From the human T2T-CHM13v2.0 reference genome, Homo sapiens: DNA of 64,000 nt. A program made the position numbers and the translations under genes. The notes below the pieces were generated by a model, which worked only from the letters and a program-made list of their open reading frames with translations, did not search any database and was not told the origin of the DNA. The stretch is taken from assembly GCF_009914755.1 (NCBI RefSeq), contig NC_060925.1, one strand, 5' to 3'. Each line of letters starts with the position of its first letter. The stretch's first letter is position 1. Positions 12,701-25,600 of this stretch are shown here, piece after piece.

Positions 12701-15200
12701 CGAATGGAATCATCATCAGATGGAAATGAATGGAATCGTCATAGAATGGAATCGAATGGATTCATTGAATGGAATCAGATGGAATCATCGAATGGACTGG
12801 AATGGAATCATTGAATGGACTCGAAAGGGATCATTATTGAATGGAATTGAATGGAATCATCGAATGGTCTCGATTGGAATCATTATCAAATGGAATCGAA
12901 TGGAATCACCGAATAGAATCGAATGGAACAATCATCGAATGGACTCAAATGGAATTATCCTCCAATGGAATCGAATGGAATTATCGAATGCAATCGAATG
13001 GAATTATCGAATGCAATCGAATAGAATCATCGAATGGACTCGAATGGAATCATCAAATGGAATGGAATGGAACAGTCAATGAACTCGAATGGAATCATCA
13101 TTGAATGGAATCGAATGGAATCATCGAGTGGAATCGAATGGAATTATGATCAAATGGAATCGAATGTAATCATCATCAAATGGAATCAAAAATAACCATC
13201 ATCAATTGGTATTGAAAGGAATTGTCATCAAATGGAATTCAAAGGAATCATCATCAAATGGAACCGAATGGAATCCTCATTGAATGGAAATGAAAGGGGT
13301 CATCATCTAATGGAATCGCATGGAATCATCATCAAATGGAATCGAATGGAATCATCATCAAATGGAATCTAATGGAATCATTGAACAGAATTGAATGGAA
13401 TCGTCATCGAATGAATTGAATGCAATCATCGAATGGTCTCGAATGGAATCATCTTCTAATGGAAAGGAATGGAATCATCGCATAGAATCGAATGGAATTA
13501 TCATCGAATGGAATCGAATGGTATCAACACCAAACGGAAAAAAACGGAATTATCGAATGGAATCGAAGAGAATCTTCGAACGGACCCGAATGGAATCATC
13601 TAATGGAATGGAATGGAATAATCCATGGACTCGAATGCAATCATCATCGAATGGAATCGAATGGAATCATCGAATGGACTCGAATGGAATAATCATTGAA
13701 CGGAATCGAATGGAATCATCATCGGATGGAAACGAATGGAATCATCATCGAATGGAAATGAAAGGAGTCATCACCTAATGGAATTGCATGGAATCATCAT
13801 AAAATGGAATCGAATGGAATCAACATCAAATGGAATCAAATGGAATCATTGAACGGAATTGAATGGAATCGTCATCGAATGAATTGAATGCAATCATCGA
13901 ATGGTCTCGAATGGAATCATCTTCAAATGGAATGGAATGGAATCATCGCATAGAATCGAATGGAATTATCATCGAATGGAATCGAATGGAATCAACATCA
14001 AACGGAAAAAAACGGAATTATCGAATGGAATCGAAGAGAATCATCGAATGGACCCGAATGGAATCATCTAATGGAATGGAATGGAATAATCCATGGACTC
14101 GAATGCAATCATCATCGAATGGAATCGAATGGAATCATCGAATGGACTCGAATGGAATAATCATTGAACGGAATCGAATGGAATCATCATCGGATGGAAA
14201 TGAATGGAATCATCATCGAATGGAATCGAATAGAATTATGGAATGAAATCCAGTGTGATCATCATCGAATGGACCCGAATGGAATCATCATCCAACGGAA
14301 GCTAATGGAATCAACATCGAATGAATCAAATGGAAACACCATCGAATTGAAACGAATGGAATTATCATGAAATTGAAATGGATGGACTCATCATCGAATG
14401 GATTCGAATGGAATCATCGAATAAAATTGATTGAAATCATCATCCAATGGAATCGAATGGTATCAGTGAATGGAATCGAATGGAATCATCATCACATGGA
14501 AATGAATGGAATCGTCATAGAATGGAATCGAATGGATTCATTGAATGGAATCAGATGGAATCATCGAATGGACTGGAATGGAATCATTGAATGGACTCGA
14601 AAGGGATCATTATTGAATGGAATTGAATGGAATCATCGAATGGTCCCGATTGGAATCATTATCAAATGGAATCGAATGGAATCACCGAATAGAATCGAAT
14701 GGAACAATCATCGAATGGACTCAAATGGAATTATCCTCAAATGGAATCGAATGGAATTATCGAATGCAATCGAATGGAATTATCGAATGCAATCGAATAG
14801 AATCATCGAATGGACTCGAATGGAATCATCGAATGGAATGGAATGGAACAGTCAATGAACTCGAATGGAATCATCATTGAATGGAATCGAATGGAATCAT
14901 CGAGTGGAATCGAATGGAATTATGATCAAATGGAATCGAATGTAATCATCATCAAATGGAATCAAAAATAACCATCATCAATTGGTATTGAATGGAATTC
15001 TCATCAAATGGAATTCAAAGGAATCATCATCAAATGGAACTGAATGGAATCCTCATTGAATGGAAATGAAAGGGGTCATCATCTAATGGAATCGCATGGA
15101 ATCATCATCAAATGGAATCGAATGGAATCATCATCAAATGGAATCTGATGGAATCATTGAACAGAATTGAATGGAATCGTCATCGAATGAATTGAATGCA

Positions 15201-15494
15201 ATCATCAAATGGTCTCGAATGTAATCACATTCTAATGGAAAGGAATGGAATCATCGCATAGAATAGAATGGAATTAACATTGAATGGACTCGAATGGAAT
15301 CTACATCAAACGGAATCAAGCGGAATTATTGAATGGAATCGAAGAGAATCATCGAATGGTCTCGAATGGAATCATCTTCTAATGGAAAGGAATGGAATCA
15401 TCTCATAGAATCGAATGGAATTAACATTGAATGGACTCGAATGGAATCAACATCAAATGGAATCAAGCGGAATTATCGAATGAAATCGAAGAGA
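15201..15494 (+). repeat. 147-bp internal tandem duplication (copy 1 of 3), giving a 1,923-bp unit
   Basis: ATCATC(A/G)AATGGTCTCGAATG...TCTAATGGAAAGG starts at both 15201 and 15348; landmark spacing 14367->16290 = 1776+147. Confidence 0.9.
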
Positions 15495-18400
15495 ATCATC
15501 GAATGGACTCGAATGGAATCATCTAATGGAATGGAATGGAATAATCCACGGACTCGAATGCAATCATCATCGTATAGAATCGAATGGAATCATCGAAAGG
15601 ACTCGAATGGAATAACCATTGAACGGAATCGAATGGAATCATCATCGGATGGAAACGAATGGAATCATCATCGAATGGAAATGAAAGGAGTCATCATCTA
15701 ATGGAATTGCATGGAATCATCATAAAATGGAATCGAATGGAATCATCATCAAATGGAATCAAATGGAATCATTGAACGGAATTGAATGGAATCGTCATCG
15801 AATGAATTGAATGCAATCATCAAATGGTCTCGAATGGAATCATCTTCAAATGGAATGGAATGGAATCATCGCATAGAATCGAATGGAATTATCATCAAAT
15901 GGAATCGAATGGTATCAACATCAAACGGAAAAAAACGGAATTATCGAATGGAATCGAAGAGAATCTTCGAACGGACCCGAATGGAATCATCTAATGGAAT
16001 GGAATGGAATAATCCATGGACTCGAATGCAATCATCATCGAATGGAATCGAATGGAATCATTGAATGGACTCGAATGGAATAATCATTGAACGGAATCGA
16101 ATGGAATCATCATCGGATGGAAACGAATGGAATCATCATCGAATGGAATCGAATAGGATTATGGAATGAAATCCAGTGTGATCATCATCGAATGGACCCG
16201 AATGGAATCATCATCCAATGGAAGCTAATGGAATCAACATCGAATGAATCGAAAGGAAACACCATCGAATTGAAACGAATGGAATTATCATGAAATTGAA
16301 ATGGATGGACTCATCATCGAATGGATTCGAATGGAATCATCGAATAAAATTGATTGAAATCATCATCGAATGGAATCGAATGGTATCATTGAATGGAATC
16401 GAATGGAATCATCATCAGATGGAAATGAATGGAATCGTCATAGAATGGAATCGGATGGATTCATTGAATGGAATCAGATGGAATCATCGAATGGACTGGA
16501 ATGGAATCATTGAATGGACTCGAAAGGGATCATTATTGAATGGAATTGAATGGAATCATCGAATGGTCTCGATTGGAATCATTATCAAATGGAATCGAAT
16601 GGAATCACCGAATAGAATCGAATGGAACAATCATCGAATGGACTCAAATGGAATTATCCTCAAATGGAATCGAATGGAATTATCGAATGCAATCGAATGG
16701 AATTATCGAATGCAATCGAATAGAATCATCGAATGGACTCGAATGGAATCATCGAATGGAATGGAATGGAACAGTCAATGAACTCGAATGGAATCATCAT
16801 TGAATGGAATCGAATGGAATCATCGAGTGGAATCGAATGGAATTAAGATCAAATGGAATCGAATGTAATCATCATCAAATGGAATCAAAAATAACCATCA
16901 TCAATTGGTATTGAATGGAATTGTCATCAAATGGAATTCAAAGGAATCATCATCAAATGGAACCGAATGGAATCCTCGTTGAATGGAAATGAAAGGGGTC
17001 ATCATCTAATGGAATCGCATGGAAACATCATAAAATGGCATCGAATGGAATCAACATCAAATGGAATCAAATGGAATCATTGAACGGAATTGAATGGAAT
17101 GGTCATCGAAAGAATTGAATGCAATCATCGAATGGTCTCGAATGGAATCATCTTCAAATGGAATGGAATTGAATCATCGCATAGAATCGAAAGGAATTAT
17201 CATCGAATGGAATCGAATGGAATCAACACCAAACGGAAAAAAACGGAATTATCGAATGGAATCGAAGAGAATCATCGAATGGACCCGAATGGAATCATCT
17301 AATGGAATGGAATGGAATAATCCATGGACTCGAATGCAATCATCATCGAATGGAATCGAATGGAATCATCGAATGGACTCGAATGGAATAATCATTGAAC
17401 GGAATCGAATGGAATCATCATCGGATGGAAACGAATGGAATCATCATCGAATGGAATCGAATAGAATTATGGAATGAAATCCAGTGTGATCATCATCGAA
17501 TGGACCCGAATGGAATCATCATCCAACGGAAGCTAATGGAATCAACATCGAATGAATCAAATGGAAACACCATCGAATTGAAACGAATGGAATTACCATG
17601 AAATTGAAATGGATGGACTCATCATCAAATGGATTCGAATGGAATAATCGAATAAAATTGATTGAAATCATCATCGAATGGAATCGAATGGTATCATTGA
17701 ATGGAATCGAATGGAATCATCATCAGATGGAAATGAATGGAATCGTCATAGAATGGAATCGAATGGATTCATTGAATGGAATCAGATGGAATCATTGAAT
17801 GGACTGGAATGGAATCATTGAATGGACTCGAAAGGGATCATTATTGAATGGAATTGAATGGAATCATCGAATGGTCTCGATAGGAATCATTATCAAATGG
17901 AATCGAATGGAATCACCGAATAGAATCGAATGGAACAATCATCGAATGGACTCAAATGGAATTATCCTCTAATGGAATCGAATGGAATTATCGAATGCAA
18001 TCGAATGGAATTATCGAATGCAATCGAATAGAATCATCGAATGGACTCGAATGGAATCATCGAATGGAATGGAATGGAACAGTCAATGAACTCGAATGGA
18101 ATCATCATTGAATGGAATCGAATGGAATCATCGAGTGGAATCGAAAGGAATTATGACCAAATGGAATCGAATGTAATCATCATCAAATGGAATCAAAAAT
18201 AACCATCATCAATTGGTATTGAATGGAATTGTCATCAAATGGAATTCAAAGGAATCATCATCAAATGGAACCGAATGGAATCCTCATTGAATGGAAATGA
18301 AAGGGGTCATCATCTAATGGAATCGCATGGAATCATCATCAAATGGAATCGAATGGAATCATCATCAAATGGAATCTAATGGAATCATTGAAAAGAATTG

Positions 18401-18899
18401 AATGGAATAGTCATCGAATGAATTGAATGCAATCATCGAATGGTCTCGAATGGAATCATCTTCTAATGGAAAGGAATGGAATCATCGCATAGAATCGAAT
18501 GGAATTATCATCGAATGGAATCGAATGGTATCAACACCAAACGGAAAAAAACGGAATTATCGAATGGAATCGAAGAGAATCTTCGAACGGACCCGAATGG
18601 AATCATCTAATGGAATGGAATGGAATAATCCATGGACTCGAATGCAATCATCATCGAATGGAATCGAATGGAATCATCGAATGGACTCGAATGGAATAAT
18701 CATTGAACGGAATCGAATGGAATCATCATCGGATGGAAACGAATGGAATCATCATCGAATGGTAGTGAAAGGAGTCATCATCTAATGGAATTGCATGGAA
18801 TCATCATCAAATGGAATCGAATGGAATCAACATCAAATGGAATCAAATGGAATCATTGAACGGAATTGAATGGAATCGTCATCGAATGAATTGAATGCA

Positions 18900-19193
18900 A
18901 TCATCAAATGGTCTCGAATGTAATCACATTCTAATGGAAAGGAATGGAATCATCGCATAGAATCGAATGGAATTAACATTGAATGGACTCGAATGGAATC
19001 TACATCAAACGGAATCAAGCGGAATTATCGAATGGAATCGAAGAGAATCATCGAATGGTCTCGAATGGAATCATCTTCTAATGGAAAGGAATGGAATCAT
19101 CTCATAGAATCGAATGGAATTAACATTGAATGGACTCGAATGGAATCAACATCAAATGGAATCAAGGGGAATTATCGAATGAAATCGAAGAGA
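18900..19193 (+). repeat. 147-bp internal tandem duplication (copy 2 of 3) inside a 2,391-bp three-subrepeat unit
   Basis: Repeat starts at 18900 and 19047; landmark spacing 17598->19989 = 1776+468+147. Confidence 0.9.
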
Positions 19194-22100
19194 ATCATCG
19201 AATGGACTCGAATGGAATCATCTAATGGAATGGAATGGAATAATCCATGGACTCGAATGCAATCATCATCGTATAGAATCGAATGGAATCATCGAAAGGA
19301 CTCGAATGGAATAACCATTGAACGGAATCGAATGGAATCATCATCGGATGGAAACGAATGGAATCATCATCGAATGGAAATGAAAGGAGTCATCATCTAA
19401 TGGAATTGCATGGAATCATCATAAAATGGAATCGAATGGAATCATCATCAAATGGAATCAAATGGAATCATTGAACGGAATTGAATAGAATCGTCATCGA
19501 ATGAATTGAATACAATCATCAAATGGTCTCGAAAGGAATCATCTTCAAATGGAATGGAATGGAATCATCGCATAGAATCGAATGGAATTATCATCGAATG
19601 GAATCGAATGGTATCAACATCAAACGGAAAAAAACGGAATTATCGAATGGAATCGAAGAGAATCTTCGAACTGACCCGAATGGAATCATCTAATGGAATG
19701 GAATGGAATAATCCATGGACTCGAATGCAATCATCATCGAATGGAATCGAATGGAATCATCGAATGGACTCGAATGGAATAATCATTGAACGGAATCGAA
19801 TGGAATCATCATCGGATGGAAACGAATGGAATCATCATCGAATGGAATCGAATAGAATTATGGAATGAAATCCAGTGTGATCATCATCGAATGGACCCGA
19901 ATGGAATCATCATCCAACGGAAGCTAATGGAATCAACATCGAATGAATCGAAAGGAAACACCATCGAATTGAAACGAATGGAATTATCATGAAATTGAAA
20001 TGGATGGACTCATCATCGAATGGATTCGAATGGAATCATCGAATAAAATTGATTGAAATCATCATCGAATGGAATCGAATGGTATCATTGAATGGAATCG
20101 AATGGAATCATCATCAGATGGAAATGAATGGAATCGTCATAGAATGGAATCGAATGGATTCATTGAATGGAATCAGATGGAATCATCGAATGGACTGGAA
20201 TGGAATCATTGAATGGACTCGAAAGGGATCATTATTGAATGGAATTGAATGGAATCATCGAATGGTCTCGATTGGAATCATTATCAAATGGAATCGAATG
20301 GAATCACCGAATAGAATCGAATGGAACAATCATCGAATGGACTCAAATGGAATTATCCTCAAATGGAATCGAATGGAATTATCGAATGCAATCGAATGGA
20401 ATTATCGAATGCAATCGAATAGAATCATCGAATGGACTCGAATGGAATCATCGAATGGAATGGAATGGAACAGTCAATGAACTCGAATGGAATCATCATT
20501 GAATGGAATCGAATGGAATCATCGAGTGGAATCGAATGGAATTATGATCAAATGGAATCGAATGTAATCATCATCAAATGGAATCAAAAATAACCATCAT
20601 CAATTGGTATTGAATGGAATTGTCATCAAATGGAATTCAAAGGAATCATCATCAAATGGAACCGAATGGAATCCTCATTGAATGGAAATGAAAGGGGTCA
20701 TCATCTAATGGAATCGCATGGAATCATCATCAAATGGAATCGAATGGAATCATCATCAAATGGAATCTAATGGAATCATTGAAAAGAATTGAATGGAATC
20801 ATCATCGAATGAATTGAATGCAATCATCGAATGGTCTCGAATGGAATCATCTTCTAATGGAAAGGAATGGAATCATCGCATAGAATCGAATGGAATTATC
20901 ATCGAATGGAATCGAATGGTATCAACACCAAACGGAAAAAAACGGAATTATCGAATGGAATCGAAGAGAATCAACGAACGGACCCGAATGGAATCATCTA
21001 ATGGAACGGAATGGAATAATCCATGGACTCGAATGCAATCATCATCGAATGGAATCGAATGGAATCATCGAATGGACTCGAATGGAATAATCATTGAACG
21101 GAATCGAATGGAATCATCATCGGATGGAAACGAATGGAATCATCATCGAATGGAAATGAAAGGAGTCATCATCTAATGGAATTGCATGGAATCATCATAA
21201 AATGGAATCGAATGGAATCAACATCAAATGGAATCAAATGGAATCATTGAACGGAATTGAATGGAATCGTCATCGAATGAATTGAATGCAATCATCGAAT
21301 GGTCTCGAATGGAATCATCTTCAAATGGAATGGAATGGAATCATCGCATAGAATCGAATGGAATTATCATCGAATGGAATCGAATGGAATCAACATCAAA
21401 CGGAAAAAAACGGAATTATCAAATGGAATCGAAGAGAATCATCGAATGGACCCGAATGGAATCATCTAATGGAATGGAATGGAATAATCCATGGACTCGA
21501 ATGCAATCATCATCGAATGGAATCGAATGGAATCATCGAATGGACTCGAATGGAATAATCATTGAACGGAATCGAATGGAATCATCATCGGATGGAAATG
21601 AATGGAATCATCATCGAATGGAATCGAATAGAATTATGGAATGAAATCCAGTGTGATCATCATCGAATGGACCCGAATGGAATCATCATCCAACGGAAGC
21701 TAATGGTATCAACATCGAATGAATCAAATGGAAACACCATCGAATTGAAACGAATGGAATTACCATGAAATTGAAATGGATGGACTCATCCTCAAATGGA
21801 TTCGAATGGAATCATCGAATAAAATTGATTGAAATCATCATCGAATGGAATCGAATGGTATCATTGAATGGAATCGAATGGAATCATCATCAGATGGAAA
21901 TGAAAGGAATCGTCATAGAATGGAATCGAATGGATTCATTGAATGGAATCAGATGGAATCATCGAATGGACTGGAATGGAATCATTGAATGGACTCGAAA
22001 GGGATCATTATTGAATGGAATTGAATGGAATCATCGAATGGTCTCGATTGGAATCATTATCAAATGGAATCGAATGGAATCACCAAATAGAATCGAATGG

Positions 22101-22680
22101 AATAATCATCGAATGGACTCAAATGGAATTATCCTCAAATGGAATTGAATGGAATTATCGAATGCAATCGAATGGAATTATCGAATGCAATCGAATAGAA
22201 TCATCGAATGGACTCGAATGGAATCATCGAATGGAATGGAATGGAACAGTCAATGAACTCGAATGGAATCATCATTGAATGGAATCGAATGGAATCATCG
22301 AGTGGAATCGAATGTAATCATCATCAAATGGAATCAAAAATAACCATCATCAAATGGAATCAAAAATAACCATCATCAATTGGTATTGAATGGAATTCTC
22401 ATCAAATGGAATTCAAAGGAATCATCATCAAATGGAACCGAATGGAATCCTCATTGAATGGAAATGAAAGGGGTCATCATCTAATGGAATCGCATGGAAT
22501 CATCATCAAATGGAATCGAATGGAATCAACATCAAATGGAATCAAATGGAATCATTGAACAGAATTGAATGGAATCGTCATCGAATGAATTGAATGCAAT
22601 CATCGAATGGTCTCGAATGGAATCATCTTCAAATGGAATGGAATGGAATCATCGCATAGAATCGAATGGAATTTTCATCG

Positions 22681-25600
22681 AATGGAATCGAATGGAATCA
22701 ACATCAAACGGAAAAAAACGGAATTATCGAATGGAATCGAAGAGAATCACCGAATGGACCCGAATGGAATCATCTAATGGAATGGAATGGAATAATCCAT
22801 GGACTCGAATGCAATCATCATCGAATGGAATCGAATGGAATCATCGAATGGACTCGAATGGAATAATCATTGAACGGAATCGAATGGAATCATCATCGGA
22901 TGGAAATGAATGGAATCATCATCGAATGGAATCGAATAGAATTATGGAATGAAATCCAGTGTGATCATCATCGAATGGACCCGAATGGAATCATCATCCA
23001 ACGGAAGCTAATGGAATCAACATCGAATGAATCAAATGGAAACACCATCGAATTGAAACGAATGGAATTACCATGAAATTGAAATGGATGGACTCATCCT
23101 CAAATGGATTCGAGTGGAATCATCGAATAAAATTGATTGAAATCATCATCGAATGGAATCGAATGGTATCATTGAATGGAATCGAATGGAATCATCATCA
23201 GATGGAAATGAAAGGAATCGTCATAGAATGGAATCGAATGGATTCATTGAATGGAATCAGATGGAATCATTGAATGGACTGGAATGGAATCATTGAATGG
23301 ACTCGAAAGGGATCATTATTGAATGGAATTGAATGGAATCATCGAATGGTCTCGATTGGAATCATTATCAAATGGAATCGAATGGAATCACCGAATAGAA
23401 TCGAATGGAACAATCATCGAATGGACTCAAATGGAATTATCCTCTAATGGAATTGAATGGAATTATCGAATGCAATCGAATAGAATCATCGAATGGACTC
23501 GAATGGAATCATCGAATGGAATGGAATGGAACAGTCAATGAACTCGAATGGAATCATCATTGAATGGAATCGAATGGAATCATCGAGTGGAATCGAATGT
23601 AATCATCATCAAATGGAATCAAAAATAACCATCATCAAATGGAATCAAAAATAACCATCATCAATTGGTATTGAATGGAATTCTCATCAAATGGAATTCA
23701 AAGGAATCATCATCAAATGGAACCGAATGGAATCCTCATTGAATGGAAATGAAAGGGGTCATCATCTAATGGAATCGCAAGGAATCATCATAAAATGGAA
23801 TCGAATGGAATCAACATCAAATGGAATCAAATGGAATCATTGAACGGAATTGAATGGAATCGTCATCGAATGAATTGAAAGCAATCATCGAATGGTCTCG
23901 AATGGAATCATCTTCAAATGGAATGGAATGGAATCATCGCATAGAATCGAAAGGAATTATCATCGAATGGAATCGAATGGAATCAACACCAAACGGAAAA
24001 AAACGGAATTATCGAATGGAATCGAAGAGAATCATCGAATGGACCCGAATGGAATCATCTAATGGAATGGAATGGAATAATCCATGGACTCGAATGCAAT
24101 CATCATCGAATGGAATCGAATGGAATCATCCAATGGACTCGAATGGAATAATCATTGAACGGAATCGAATGGAATCATCATCGGATGGAAATGAATGGAA
24201 TCATCATCGAATGGAATCGAATAGAATTATGGAATGAAATCCAGTGTGATCATCATCGAATGGACCCGAATGGAATCATCATCCAACGGATGCTAATGGA
24301 ATCAACATCGAATGAATCAAATGGAAACACCATCGAATTGAAACGAATGGAATTACCATGAAATTGAAATGGATGGACTCATCATCGAATGGATTCGAAA
24401 GGAATCATCGAATAAAATTGATTGAAATCATCATCGAATGGAATCGAATGGTATCATTGAATGGAATCGAATGGAATCATCATCAGATGGAAATGAATGG
24501 AATCGTCATAGAATGGAATCGAATGGATTCATTGAATGGAATCAGATGGAATCATCGAATGGACTGGAATGGAATCATTGAATGGACTCGAAAGAGATCA
24601 TGATTGAATGGAATTGAATAGAATCATCGAATGGTCTCGATTGGAATCATTATCAAATGGAATCGAATGGAATCATCGAATAGAATCGAATGGAACAATC
24701 ATCGAATGGACTCCAATGGAATTATCCTCAAATGGAATCGAATGGAATTATCGAATGCAATCGAATGGAATTATCGAATGCAATCGAATAGAATCATCGA
24801 ATGGACTCGAATGGAATCATCGAATGGAATGGAATGGAACAGTCAATGAACTCGAATGGAATCATCATTGAATGGAATCGAATGGAATCATCGAGTGGAA
24901 TCGAATGGAATTATGATCAAATGGAATCGAATGTAATCATCATCAAATGGAATCAAAAATAACCATCATCAATTGGTATTGAATGGAATTGTCATCAAGT
25001 GGAATCCAAAGGAAACATCATCAAATGGAACCGAATGGAATCCTCATTGAATGGAAATGAAAGGGGTCATCGTCTAATGGAATCGCATGGAATCATCATC
25101 AAATGGAATCGAATGGAATCATCATCAAATGGAATCTAATGGAATCATTCAACAGAATTGAATGGAATCGTCATCGAATGAATTGAATGCAATCATCGAA
25201 TGGTCTCGAATGGAACCATCTTCTAATGGAAAGGAATGGAATCATCGCATAGAATCGAATGGAATTGTCATCGAATGGAATCGAATGGTATCAACACCAA
25301 ACGGAAAAAAACGGAATTATCGAATGGAATCGAAGAGAATCTTCGAACGGACCCGAATGGAATCATCTAATGGAATGGAATGGAATAATCCATGGACTCG
25401 AATGCAATCATCATCGAATGGAATCGAATGGAATCATCGAATGGACTCGAATGGAATAATCATTGAACGGAATCGAATGGAATCATCATCGGATGGAAAC
25501 GAATGGAATCATCATCGGATGGGAATGAAAGGAGTCATCATCTAATGGAATTGCATGGAATCATCATAAAATGGAATCGAATGGAATCAACATCAAATGG

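Noticed and set aside
15201-15347. 147 bp equals nucleosome core DNA length
   Set aside because: It is fully explained as three 23-mers plus three 26-mers, and other indel sizes (23, 172, 468, 618, 713) show no nucleosomal pattern.
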